Positions 48,910-59,474 of a stretch of DNA of 64,000 bases are shown in pieces. The notes under the pieces were generated by a model. The model had not been told where the DNA came from. It worked only from the letters and a program-made list of their open reading frames with translations, and made no database searches. The DNA is from an uncultured delta proteobacterium. Lineage in GTDB: Bacteria > Myxococcota > Kuafuiibacteriia > Kuafuiibacteriales > Kuafuiibacteriaceae. The translations under genes and the position numbers were made by a program. The stretch spans positions 2,048,001 through 2,112,000 of the forward strand of contig CAWDML010000001.1 in the NCBI GenBank assembly GCA_963803435.1. The letters run 5' to 3'. The stretch's first letter is position 1; every line of letters begins with the position of its first letter.

Positions 48910-49490
48910 CCGGCGCGGAGGGGAGCGCGCCGGCGGAAGACCGATTGGCTGCCGAGCTGATGGCCACCGCGAGCGAGACCGACTCGAACGGTCATCCGCG
49001 CCACGCGCGCGAATCGATTCAGGATGCGCTCGCTGCCCTCTACTTCATCAACGCCGGCGGACTGGCCGCGGAGGATCCCGAAGGGCGGAGGATTCTCTCG
49101 GTCTTCTTCCGGCGTCACGGGATCAACCCGCTCGAGCCGGAGGAGAAGGTCCACGAGCAGGTCGCGGCAATCATGCGGGAACGGATCGATCCCGCTCTGT
49201 TCCGATCGTTCCTCACCACCGTCGCCCGCACTCAGGACGAGATCCAGGCGGCCGTGGAGATGTTCGGGATCGACACCGCACGGTCCACCCGCGCCTTCCT
49301 CGGAAACGACGTCAAGAATGCTCCGGTCGAGGGCCAAGGGATCCGGGGGAACGCCCGCGCCTCGGGCCTCGACAAGCAGCTCTTCGACCGCTTCGCGCAG
49401 GCGCGGATGGGCTTACAGCCCGGCCAACCCAAGTCCACCCGCACGGCTCCCATCAAGGGACCCAAAGGCAAGACGCCGACGAAGCGCTGA
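48906..49490 (+). CDS. Hypothetical protein
   Basis: ATGA overlap with the preceding gene; biased codon usage. Confidence 0.7.
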   Translation: MTGAEGSAPAEDRLAAELMATASETDSNGHPRHARESIQDALAALYFINAGGLAAEDPEGRRILSVFFRRHGINPLEPEEKVHEQVAAIMRERIDPALFRSFLTTVARTQDEIQAAVEMFGIDTARSTRAFLGNDVKNAPVEGQGIRGNARASGLDKQLFDRFAQARMGLQPGQPKSTRTAPIKGPKGKTPTKR

Positions 49491-49495
49491 CCTCG

Positions 49496-51581
49496 CTACG
49501 GGCGCTCGGTCACCTCACCCGCCAGCGTGAAGAGCGCGGTCAGATCGGCGGCCGGGATCTGGGCGTGGCTCCCGTCGTCCCGATCTCGATCCCAGACATT
49601 CCAGCTGGAACCGCCGTCGCGCGAGTACTCGGCGCGCGATTCGGCGTCCGACCAGACGACGCTGCGCGTGGTGATGTTCACCTCGTCCGTCCCGATGAAG
49701 TAGCTCCCGGAGCTGGAGGAGAGCTCGAGCGTGTAGCGGCTGCCGGCGCGGAGGAGCGCGGTGCCGCCGAAGTCGGCGTAGACCCATGGCACCGCGATGC
49801 GCGCGCCGCCCGCGTCCGTCTGGTAGAAGCTCGAGACCTGCCCGAGCCGGCTCGCAGCCACGCTCGCCTCCAAGAGGTGCGCGCCGGAAGCGTCCTTGAT
49901 CGTCGCGATCAGCGCGCCGCTCCCGGAAGAGCGGCCGGCCCGCAGCCAGACGCCACGCACCGTGCGCGACGCGTCTCGCACGCGAATCACCTGGCGGACG
50001 CGGTTTGCGCCGCCAATCAGCTTCGCGCCGCTCCCGTTGACGCCTGCGTATCCGGTGCCGTCGAGGGTCCCGTCGGTGTAGCGGAGCGCGTAGTCTGGCA
50101 GCACGGTGTTGCCGCTCTCCTGCTCGCGCGTGGTCCAGCCCTCGCCGGCGGCGTGCCGGTACATCACCTGGAGGCGCGAGCCGTAGTACGGGCCGCCGGG
50201 CGGTGAGAGCGACGCCGTGGTGAAGCTCCCGTTCACCACGGTGAGCCCGGTGCTCGGGCTGCGCTGCGTGATCACCAGGTGGTAGCGCTGTCCGGCCGTG
50301 ACGGCGAGCGGGTGATCGAGCGTCACCTCGGGGTGCGCATCGAAGCTGTTGGCGCAGTAGTAGGTGACGCCGGCGCGCGTGCCCACGACGCGCGGGTTCG
50401 AGCCGACCGGGCGAATCGTGCGGGTGCCGGTGGCGAGCACGTGCCCGGACGGATGTCCGGCGCCGTCATCGCTCTGGACCGTCACCTGGAGCAGGCCGCC
50501 GTCGCCCCAGTGGTAGCCGCCGATGTACATCCGCTCCATCTTGCAGTCGGCGCTGTACGTCGGGCTGCAGCTCGGCCACTTGTACGTGCTGTCCCACTCG
50601 CCGCAGGTCAGCACGCGGACTTGCCAGACGACCGCGCTGAGGGTTCCGGTGCGCTCCGCCGCGAAGCGCAGCGATGCCTGGTAGCCGTAGCGCCGCGTGT
50701 GTCCCCAGGACTCGCCGTGGACCGCGGCACCGTACATCACGCCGCAGAGCGGGAGCTCCGGGTGGGGACACCCGTCGGTGCCGGTGGGCGAGGACGGCGG
50801 AGGCGGAGCGGTGGCGCCATCTCGGAGGGGATCGGATCTCGTTGGCGCTCAGCGCGCGGGCGTAGACGGACAGCTCGTCGATGCGGCCGCGGAAGAAGCT
50901 GTCGAAGTTGGCACCGTGGTCGTTCGTCCCGGCACCGATGTCGAGCGGCGTCGTGTCGTGCGGAATCGCGCCCGTCTTGGCGATGGAGGCGTCCTCGGCG
51001 CCGTCGACGTAGAGCCGCAGTCGAGTGCCGTCGTAGGTCATCGCCGCGTGCACCCAGCTCCCGACCGGGAGCGGCGTGGCCCCGACCAGGAAGGTGCCGC
51101 TCGTCGTGTAGACGTAGCCGGACAGCTTGCCGTGGTAGATCCCGAGGTGGAACTGATCTTCACTACCGGTGCCGTGCTCGCGGACCGCAATCGCGGCCCA
51201 GCTCGCCGGCTGCGCTGAGGTCTGCCGGACCCAGGCCACCACCGTCACCGCGCCCGAGATCGCGTCGGCGCGCAGCGCGCCCGAGGTGACCAGCCTGCCC
51301 CCAATCCCGTCGAGCTCGAGCGCGCGTCCCGAGACCCCCGCGCTGCGTACGACTCCGCCGCTCGGGACCGCGACGTTGCCGTATCCGCTGGCGTCGGCCG
51401 CCTCGCCGCCGCTCTCGTCGAACGTGTAGCGGGCGACGACGCCGGCCGGTCCGACTGCGTCAATCGTTTCGGCCTGAGGCGCCTCGGGGCCGGGTCCGCA
51501 GCCGCAGCAGAGGAGGAGCGCCGCTCGGATGAGCGAGCGGTGGTGATCGATGGGTGGGGTGGTAGATGGCGGAAGCATCAT
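49496..51581 (-). CDS. Secreted LamG/ConA-like domain protein; frameshift near 50835
   Basis: VARYTFDE, WVHAAMTYDG..LRLYVDG, FRGRIDELSVYARALS, then a Pro linker and a beta-rich C-terminal region in another frame. Confidence 0.8.
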
Positions 51582-51769
51582 CGGGGGCGCGCCTCCGCAA
51601 GCGACGCGCCACCAGGCGTGCGCAGTGATGTCCTCTCCTTGGCGCGCTCGATCGAGACTGGCCGTCCCGCCTCGGAGACTCGGGGTCTCAGGAGGATCGC
51701 GCCTTGCTCCCCCGGGAGGAGTCAGGCGAAGCTCGCAGGACGCACCCGCAGCATTGCAGGATCCCGCCC

Positions 51770-52140
51770 CATGCAGGCCGCACCGGCGCGGCGGTCCTGC
51801 TGCTCACCGCCCTCGCCGGCTGCGGTCCGCGGGCGTTCCTCCTGTTGGAGGTGGAGTCGGCCCTCACGATCCCGGATCGAGATCGACACGCTCGACCTCG
51901 AGGTCGAGCGGCGCGAGCGAGAGGACTGGGTCGCGCTCGACGCTCGCTCGAATCCCGCTCGACGCGGCCGATCGCTTTCCATTCAGCGTGGTCTACGAGC
52001 CGAGCGCGGAGACGCCGCGCATCCTGAGGATCCGGACGCTCGGCCGCCTGATGAGCCGGCAGGTCGCCGAGACCACCGTCGAGGTCGCGTGGGGAGAGGA
52101 TCGGGTCAACCGCGTCGCCGTGGTGCTCCCACTGGAGTGA
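51770..52140 (+). CDS. Hypothetical lipoprotein (two frameshifts)
   Basis: LLTALAGC / EVESALTIPD-EIDTLDLEV / FPFSVVYEP...VVLPLE spread over three frames; start uncertain. Confidence 0.55.
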
Positions 52141-52143
52141 CGA

Positions 52144-53655
52144 ATGCGCCCCTCCGCTCTGCTCGCGCCGATCCCATTACTGCTCGTTGCGTGCGAGCTT
52201 CCGGTCGAGACGGTCTGCGCCGAGGGAGAATGCGTGGTCGTCGAGGCCGCCCCGACACCGCCGTTCGATCTCGAGCTCGGCCGCGTGCCGCTCGATCTCA
52301 CGCGCACGCCCACGATCGAGTTCGCCCCGGGGATGCTCGGCAATCCCGGTGCGGGGCCACTCCGCCACCAGGCGCGGGTCGAGCGCGACGACGGTGTGGT
52401 GGTCGCCCCCTGGAGTGACGTGGTCGCGGGAGGCGCGATCGCGGGGCTCTCGCTCGAGCCGGACACGCGCTACCGACTGAGCCTGCGCGCCGTCGACGCC
52501 GAGGAGCGCACGAGCGCCGAGGTGCCGAGCCCGGCCTGGCGGGCGCGCGCGGTGCAGCCGATCCTGGAGCGTACCTTCGAGACGACGGTCGACGTCCCGG
52601 CCGGAGCGATCGTGCCGGTCGACGGCGCGAGCCTGTCGATCTCGCCGCGCGAGCCGGGCGAGCGCTGGCTGGTCTTCCTGTCGGTGGGGATCCGCAACGA
52701 TCCGACCTACCTGAGCGCGCAGGTCCAGCTCTCGTCCGGCGGCCAGGTCCTCACAGAGGGCGGAGCCTATACGAGCGCGCCCGACGTCACCGGCTCGTTC
52801 GGCGACTTCGTCCTCATCGCGCCGTCCGTGACCACCACCGTCTCGCTCCAGCTGATGGGCCGCAACCAGACGCTCCACGTCCAGCTGATCGACGGACACC
52901 TGACGGCGTTCCCGCTCCGGCGCGACCAGGAGGCGCACTACCGCACGATCGATGCGCCGGTGACCGTCCGCGATCGAACGTGGAGCACGCAGCTGGTCCA
53001 CACGGCCACCGTCGCCGGCGGCGACTACCTCCTGCTGCTCGGCGCGGTCATCACCGAGCGCCCGGACGCGCAGAGCGTCTACCTGCGCTGGTCGAGCTCC
53101 GGCGTCTATCTGCCTCAGGTCGCCGAGACGCACGGCTACGATGACCTCGGCTCCGCGAGCCACGTCGTCGTCCGCAGGATCACGCTCCCTCCGGGACCGA
53201 GCACGGTCCGCTGGGAGGGCTACTCGATGGCGAGAGGGACGATCGAGCAGGGCCGCACGCTGTGGCTCTCCACGGACGCGATCTCCACGCTCGACCTCCT
53301 CTCGCTCCCCGGCCCGGTGCCGGTCGGCGAGACCACGCCGGTGAGCGTCGCGTCGCTCGACGTCGCGATCGATGAGCAGGCCCCCGGGATCCGACTGGCC
53401 GCCGCCACCTTCGACGACCGCTGCGTCATCGACGCCATGCCGCACGATCGCCTCTACTCGCTGTCGGCCGACGGCCGAGCGCTGGCGACGAACCTCTACC
53501 GGGCGCCGGTCTGCCTCCTCTCGTCGAGCTTCCTGCGGGTCTGGAGGGCCGAAGAGCTGGACCGACACCTCCGGCTCGACGTCGCCACGTCGGTCGCGGG
53601 CCCGAAGGAGGAGGTGATCGTGGAGAGCGCCTCCCTGCTCGGGCTGACGCCTTAG
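52144..53655 (+). CDS. Hypothetical lipoprotein with an FN3-like segment
   Basis: Lipobox LVAC; GLSLEPDTRYRLSLRAVD. Confidence 0.75.
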   Translation: MRPSALLAPIPLLLVACELPVETVCAEGECVVVEAAPTPPFDLELGRVPLDLTRTPTIEFAPGMLGNPGAGPLRHQARVERDDGVVVAPWSDVVAGGAIAGLSLEPDTRYRLSLRAVDAEERTSAEVPSPAWRARAVQPILERTFETTVDVPAGAIVPVDGASLSISPREPGERWLVFLSVGIRNDPTYLSAQVQLSSGGQVLTEGGAYTSAPDVTGSFGDFVLIAPSVTTTVSLQLMGRNQTLHVQLIDGHLTAFPLRRDQEAHYRTIDAPVTVRDRTWSTQLVHTATVAGGDYLLLLGAVITERPDAQSVYLRWSSSGVYLPQVAETHGYDDLGSASHVVVRRITLPPGPSTVRWEGYSMARGTIEQGRTLWLSTDAISTLDLLSLPGPVPVGETTPVSVASLDVAIDEQAPGIRLAAATFDDRCVIDAMPHDRLYSLSADGRALATNLYRAPVCLLSSSFLRVWRAEELDRHLRLDVATSVAGPKEEVIVESASLLGLTP

Positions 53656-53737
53656 AACCGGCCGAAAACCTCCGAATCGTCCGCTGCGCGAATGCCAGAA
53701 CAGGTGCAACAGGGAGGCTCTCGCTGTTCAGAGGACC

Positions 53738-54603
53738 CTAGGAGCGTGTAGCGCGTAGCGCTACCGCGAGCCCGGTCCGGGTGCCGGTCCCGGTCCCGGT
53801 CCCGATGGCGATCATGCAGCCCGGCGTGCGTTCATCGACTTGATGAGGCGCGTGAGCATCTCGACAACGCGCTTGAGCTTGGCTCTGGCGGCTTGGACCT
53901 TCTGCTCGTTGGCGAGTCGGCGCCTCAAGCAGGTGTGGAGTGAGGCGGCGCTTTCGGTGCCAGAGCGAAGTGCCATCCGGTAGAAGCGAGCCTTCTCAGA
54001 GTGGATTGAACTCTCCGGCGCCCTCGGCGGTGTTGTTCACGATGGAATCGGATGCCCGCCGAAGCTGATCGCGGAGGTGAGCGTGACCGGGTTGCAGTTC
54101 TTGTGCGATCTGGACGGCACACCGAGGCCCAACGCTCAGAGGAACTTCACCGACTCAGACAGCAGGATCATGTTGAAGGAGGGAGCGTACCTCCAGGCCT
54201 ACAATGCCCAAGTTGTCGTAGATGAGCACGCTCAGGTGATTGTCGCCGAAGGGGTCAGCAACCAGGCACCTGATCAGCAACACCTCGTCCCGATGCTCCG
54301 TGATGTGTTCGGCAACTGCGGCGCAAGGCGGTCTACGCCCGCAGGAAGAGTATCGTCGAACCGGCGCTCGGACAGATCAAAGGGGCACGAGGATTCCGCC
54401 GGTTCTCGCTACGCTCCTTCTTCAAGGTACGAGCCGAGTGGACGCTCGTCTGCCTCACCCACAACCTGCTCAAGCTCTACCAATCGAAGCTCGCGACCGT
54501 CGCGAGCGTCTGACTCAAGGCAGCCATCTTCAGATCGGGACCCGGACCGGGACCGGGACCCGGACCGGGGTCGCGTGAGCGCTTACGCGCTACACGCTCC
54601 TAG
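53738..54603 (+). mobile_element. IS1182-family element, copy 2: internally deleted, both TIRs present
   Basis: TIRs 53738-53806 and 54534-54603, both bounded by CTAG; transposase pieces NFTDSDSRIM...QAYNAQ and YARRKSIVEP...GFRRFSLR...EWTLVCLTHNLLKL. Confidence 0.9.
53812..54111 (-). pseudogene. 5'-truncated four-helix-bundle gene (passenger, copy 2)
   Basis: Near-identical reverse complement of 44930-45228. Confidence 0.88.
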
Positions 54604-55127
54604 TGGAGCTGGAACGGCCCGTAGGTGCTATCGGGCGGAGACGGATGGGCCCGGGCGTACGCGACGTAGGCGCCGGCGCCGATCGCGGCCGCGGCGGCGC
54701 CCACCGCCACCCAGAACCAGGGCGAGCTGACGAGCGAAGGCGAGGGCGTCTCGGGCGGTGGCAGGGCCGCGATCGCGGTCGTCGCCGTGCTGCTCGGCGG
54801 CGACGGAAGCGAGAGGCGGGCCTCCCGGAGCGCGCGGCGAATCTTCGGCGACGGGTACTCGGGCCCGACGTAGCGCGGATCGAGCTGGAGGACCTGGCGA
54901 TAGACCGTGACGGCCTCGTCGAAGTCGTCGCGCGCCAGGTAGACGGTGGCGAGGAGCTCGAGCAGCTCGACGCGCGCGCGAGGCTCGACCTCGGTTCGCA
55001 CCGCCTCCTCGATGATCCCTCGGGCCTCATCGAGCTCGAAGCTCTGGTATGCCTCGTTCGCGCGCTCGAGCGCGCTGCCCTGGGAAGGAGAGGCGGCGAC
55101 GGCGAGGAGGAGGAGCGCGGGGATCAT
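54600..55127 (-). CDS. TPR protein with signal peptide and C-terminal TM helix
   Basis: TPR helices, SPWFWVAVGAAA; its TAG stop lies within the IS terminal CTAG. Confidence 0.8.
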   Translation of the reverse strand: MIPALLLLAVAASPSQGSALERANEAYQSFELDEARGIIEEAVRTEVEPRARVELLELLATVYLARDDFDEAVTVYRQVLQLDPRYVGPEYPSPKIRRALREARLSLPSPPSSTATTAIAALPPPETPSPSLVSSPWFWVAVGAAAAAIGAGAYVAYARAHPSPPDSTYGPFQLH

Positions 55128-56443
55128 CCGTCGGACTCGAGGAGGCCGTGCTTCACCGAGAGGCGCCGGAAGTAGGCCCGGTCCATCCCGGCGGAGCGTG
55201 CGGCTCGGGAGAGGTTCCCGACGGCCTGCCGGAGGTGGTGCCGGACGTAATCCCGCTCGAACGCCTCGAGCACGGCCTTGCGGGCCTCCGCGTACGGTCG
55301 GTCCTGGAGCTCCGCTCGACCCGGCTCGCTCTGCTCGCTCTTCTCCTCCTTCGACTGGATCGATCGCGGGACGTGCCCGAGCGACAGCGAGCGAACCGCG
55401 TTCCTCAGCTCGCGGACGTTGCCCGGCCAGTCGTAGCCGGAGGTCAGGAGCTCGAGCGTCTCGCCGGAGAGCGTGAAGGCCGACCGCCCCTCCTCGGAGG
55501 CGAACTGCTCCACCAGCAGCGGGATGTCCTCGCGCCGCGCACGCAGCGGAGGAATGTCGAGCTGGACCACGTTGACTCGATAGTAGAGGTCCGAGCGAAA
55601 GCGGCGCTCGGCGACCTCGAGATCCAGGTCGCGGTTGGTGGCCGCGACGATGCGAACGTCGACGGCGGTCGTCTCCTCGGAGCCGAGCCGGCGGATCGTC
55701 CCGCTCTCCAGTGCGCGAAGCAGCCGCGGCTGCAGCTCGAGCGGGAGGTCACCGAGCTCGTCGAGAAGCAGCGTACCGTCGTGGGCACGCTCGAAGACGC
55801 CGCGGTGATCCGTGAGGGCGCCCGTGAACGCGCCCTTGGTATGACCGAACAGCTCGCTCTCGATCAGGCTTGGGGGGACGGCGCCACAGTCGAAGACCTC
55901 GAACGGCCCGCCGGCGCGCCGGGAGCGGCGATGGATCTCCTCCGCCACCCGCTCCTTCCCGACGCCGGTCTCGCCCAGGAGCAGCACCGGAGTCTCGCTC
56001 GACTCGAGCTGCTCGAGGCTGGCGTAGAGGGCCTGCATCGCCCGGGAGGTGCCGAGGAGCCTGCCGTAGTGATCGCGCAGCGCGCGCGGGGCGTCCGGGC
56101 GATCCTCCTCATTGCCGAGCAGCAGCACCGTCCGTCCCAGGCGGAGCATCGCGCCCGCGCCGATCGTCACGCGATGCACCAGCACCTCCCGGTAGCGCGT
56201 ACCGTTCGTGCTCCCCAGATCCTCGACCATGATCCCGCCGCTCTCGTCGACGGCAAGCCGAGCGTGGCGGGCGGAGACGGCGGCGTCCGTCAGGGTCAAC
56301 GCACAGCTCGCGTCGGTGCCGACCTCGATCGGCGCTCGATCGAGGGTCAGCTTCCGGCCGCGATCGGGTCCTTCGATCACGGCCAGCTGGTAACGCCCAG
56401 GTCCCAAGACGGCGCCGTCGAGCCGTTCAGTGCCTTGCTTCAC
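55124..56443 (-). CDS. FHA-domain sigma-54-dependent transcriptional activator
   Basis: VSARH...DLGSTNGT (FHA), GETGVGKE, ESELFGHTKGAFTGA, LLDELG, WPGNVREL, Fis HTH. Confidence 0.95.
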   Translation of the reverse strand: MKQGTERLDGAVLGPGRYQLAVIEGPDRGRKLTLDRAPIEVGTDASCALTLTDAAVSARHARLAVDESGGIMVEDLGSTNGTRYREVLVHRVTIGAGAMLRLGRTVLLLGNEEDRPDAPRALRDHYGRLLGTSRAMQALYASLEQLESSETPVLLLGETGVGKERVAEEIHRRSRRAGGPFEVFDCGAVPPSLIESELFGHTKGAFTGALTDHRGVFERAHDGTLLLDELGDLPLELQPRLLRALESGTIRRLGSEETTAVDVRIVAATNRDLDLEVAERRFRSDLYYRVNVVQLDIPPLRARREDIPLLVEQFASEEGRSAFTLSGETLELLTSGYDWPGNVRELRNAVRSLSLGHVPRSIQSKEEKSEQSEPGRAELQDRPYAEARKAVLEAFERDYVRHHLRQAVGNLSRAARSAGMDRAYFRRLSVKHGLLESDG

Positions 56444-56519
56444 CGTCCGCGGAGGATGTCCGACGACCGCTGCGTGTGCAAGCGATCCAACCATCGACTA
56501 TGCTGGCAGGCGGCTCGCG

Positions 56520-58202
56520 ATGAAGCGCCGGCCCCGCATCGATCGATATCGTCTCGAGCGCCGTCTCGCCGCCGGCGGCATGGGCGAGATCTACCTCGCG
56601 GGCGTCGAGGGACCGGGGGGCTTTCGACGGCGCGTGGTCCTCAAGCGAATGCTCCCGCACGCGCTCGCGAGCCGCGAGCTGCGCGAGCGCTTTCTGCGGG
56701 AAGCCCGGCTGGCGGCCCGCTTTCACCACCCGAACCTGGTGCCGGTGCTCGAGCTCCTCGACGTCGGTGGCGAGCTGGTGATGGTGCTCGAGCACCTCGA
56801 GGGTTGGGACCTCGCCCATCTCTTTTGCGAGAGCATCTCTCGGCAGCAGCCGTTCCCGGAGGGCGTGAGCTGCCGGATCGTCTGCGAGGCGGCCTCGGGC
56901 CTCGACTACGCGCACGAGCTCGCAGACGATCGCGGCGAGCCGCTCCAGATCGTGCACCGCGACGTGAAGCCGGGGAACATCTTCGTGACCGTCGAAGGCT
57001 CGGTGCGGATCTTCGACTTCGGGATCGCGAAGACCTCCGAGGAGCAGCTCACCTCCGCCGATGCCGTTCAGGGCACCCTCGCGTTCATGGCCCCGGAGCA
57101 CGTGCGCGGGGAGCCGGTGTCGCGAGCCTCCGACATCTTCTCGCTGGGCGTCGTGCTGTTCCAGCTGCTCTCGCAGCTCCCGTTCTATCCTCGCAAACCT
57201 CCGCGCGTGCTGGCAGCGCACATCGAGGGCTACGCCGGCTGCGAAGATCGCATGGGCAAGTTGCCGGCCGCCACCCCGGAGCGCCTGCGCGCGATCCTCA
57301 CCAGGATGCTGGCCGCCGATCCAGGGGCGCGCTTTCAGACCGCGGGTGAGGTCGCGCTCGAGCTCGAGGCCTTCCTCGCCGACACGACCGGCCCGGTGCG
57401 CGCGCCGGACGTGGCTTCGTTCGTCGAGACGCTCCGCTCACCCGATCCCTCGATCCTCCTCCAGGACGTGGAGTCGCTCCAGAAGATCGCTCCTTCGGAT
57501 CGATTCGCGGATCCGACGGTCGACCTTCAACCTCGCTGGTCCACCGCCGTGCCCGACACGGTGCAGCTCTCGCCGGCCGGAACGCTCCGGAGGATCGCAG
57601 TCGCGGCCATCTTTCTGCTCGTGACCGCCTCGACCGCCGCGGCCACCTGGAAGCTGACCGGCGATCCGCCGACGCCGCTACCTTCCGCCGCGCCGGTGAC
57701 AACCTCGTCGGTCGCGCCATCGATCGCCCCCGAGATCGCGGAGGAGCGACCACCCGCACCCGCTCCCCGCCCGCCAGAGACGGCGCCAGAGTCGGGCGAG
57801 CTCGCGATCGACTGCACGCCGCCGGCCGAGATCGTCCACCGCGGCCGCTCGTGGGGGATGACGCCCGTGCTCCGCGGAGGCCTCGCGCCGGGCCCGATCA
57901 CGCTCCAGCTCACCAGCCGCGCGCTCGGGTTCACCAAGCGCCTGCGCCTCCGGATCGAGCCGGGCAAGCGGACCGTTCGGGCGCTGGCGCTGCAGAAGGG
58001 GCGGCTCGCGGTGCTCGTCGATCCCTGGGCCGACGTCTACCTCGCGGGCCGGAAGATCGGGACCACTCCACTGGATGCGATCGAGCTGTACGAGGGGCGC
58101 TATCAGCTCCGACTCGTCAACCCCGAGACCGGACGGGCCAGGACGAGGTCGATCGAGATCGCGCCGGGACAGCTGAGACGAGTGCAAGTCGACCTGCGCT
58201 GA
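56520..58202 (+). CDS. Membrane Ser/Thr protein kinase with C-terminal PEGA-like repeats
   Basis: GGMGEIY, VVLK, HRDVKPGN, DFGIAK, MAPE, DIFSLG; TM helix; PWADVYL..IGTTP. Confidence 0.95.
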   Translation: MKRRPRIDRYRLERRLAAGGMGEIYLAGVEGPGGFRRRVVLKRMLPHALASRELRERFLREARLAARFHHPNLVPVLELLDVGGELVMVLEHLEGWDLAHLFCESISRQQPFPEGVSCRIVCEAASGLDYAHELADDRGEPLQIVHRDVKPGNIFVTVEGSVRIFDFGIAKTSEEQLTSADAVQGTLAFMAPEHVRGEPVSRASDIFSLGVVLFQLLSQLPFYPRKPPRVLAAHIEGYAGCEDRMGKLPAATPERLRAILTRMLAADPGARFQTAGEVALELEAFLADTTGPVRAPDVASFVETLRSPDPSILLQDVESLQKIAPSDRFADPTVDLQPRWSTAVPDTVQLSPAGTLRRIAVAAIFLLVTASTAAATWKLTGDPPTPLPSAAPVTTSSVAPSIAPEIAEERPPAPAPRPPETAPESGELAIDCTPPAEIVHRGRSWGMTPVLRGGLAPGPITLQLTSRALGFTKRLRLRIEPGKRTVRALALQKGRLAVLVDPWADVYLAGRKIGTTPLDAIELYEGRYQLRLVNPETGRARTRSIEIAPGQLRRVQVDLR

Positions 58203-58432
58203 GCTCAACGACGCGACGAGAACGCGCGCAGGTCCTGCTCGGCAGCGCATCGCATCGCCTCCGCCTTCATCCGCTTCGCCCGCGTCAGCATGCGCTTCAT
58301 CGATCGGATCGCGGGGCGCCGGTCGGCTTCGAGGGCGCGTTCGCACCAGGCTAGCGCTTACAGCCGGTCCAGAAACCGTTCCGTTCGCAGTTTGCTGTTT
58401 CGTCGTTCTGTCATTCGCTGTTCGATCCGGCG

Positions 58433-58495
58433 ATGAAGGGCGATGACATCGCAGAACGACTGCTCAAGTTTGCGAAGCGCTTAGCGAAGCTGCGC
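58433..58495 (+). pseudogene. N-terminal stub of another four-helix-bundle gene
   Basis: MKGDDIAERLLKFA resembles the family N-terminus; preceded by GTTC/GTTT-rich low-complexity DNA. Confidence 0.4.
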
Positions 58496-58677
58496 CGCAA
58501 ACGCTCGAGTTCACTCGAATTCCGCGCTGGCGCAGGCCAGCACCACCACCAGCGGGGCGCTTCGAGCGAGCCTCATGCCGCACACCTACCGCATCGAAGT
58601 GGTGACGTCTGCCGAGCTGCACGCGGCGCTCGACATGAGACCTCGCCCGACGCGCACCCGTTCAGAACGACCGCCCT

Positions 58678-59474
58678 TCAGTCCCGCAATGCACGCTGGA
58701 TGATCGATCGGTCGAAGTAGTTGATCGACATCCCCGCGTCGATGACGACCCGCTGCGCGTTGATCCCGGAGGCGCGATCGCGAGAGCAGGAACGCGATCG
58801 TGCTGGCCACCTCCTCGGTATCCACGCCCCGCTGTCGCGGGATCACGCGCTCGGCGTAGAGGTAGCTGTCGACGTAGCCCGGGATCCCGGCAGAGGCGTT
58901 GGTCTTGAGCAGCCCCGGGCAGACCGCGTTGAAGCGCACGCGGCGCTCGGCAAAGCTCTTCGCCAGAAACGCCACCGAGGAGTCGAGCGCCGCCTTCACC
59001 GGCGCCATGTAGCCGTAGTTCTCGGCCGCCATGCTGGTCGTGGAGATCGACACCGTCACCACCGAGGCTCCTTCGACGAGCAGCGGCGCGAACCCGTTCG
59101 CCATCTCGATCAGCGAGTGACAGGAGACCTGCATCGCCTGGAGGAAGTCGCGGCGCGAGACGCTGGTGGAAGGGCTTCTTGCCCTCCGAGTAGTCAGCGA
59201 AGGCGATCGAGTGGAGGAGCCCGTGCACAACGGGGTGGTCGGCGCCGATGGCCTGGGCGGCGCGCTCGATCGCGCCCTCCTCCTCCACGTCGCAGACGTA
59301 GATGTCGCCGGTGACCCGGGCCGAGAGCTCCTTCTTCCGGACCTCGGTGTGGACCAGGTACACCGGGGTGGCCCCCTCCTGCTCGAGGAGCTTGCCGGCG
59401 GCGAAAGCCACGCTCTTCTTGTTGGCCACGCCGGCGACCAGATAGGTCCGGCCTTCCAGCTCCAGGAAGCTCAT
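58678..59474 (-). CDS. Enoyl-ACP reductase (FabI-like), frameshifted
   Basis: [41 protein letters not shown] across three frames. Confidence 0.85.
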
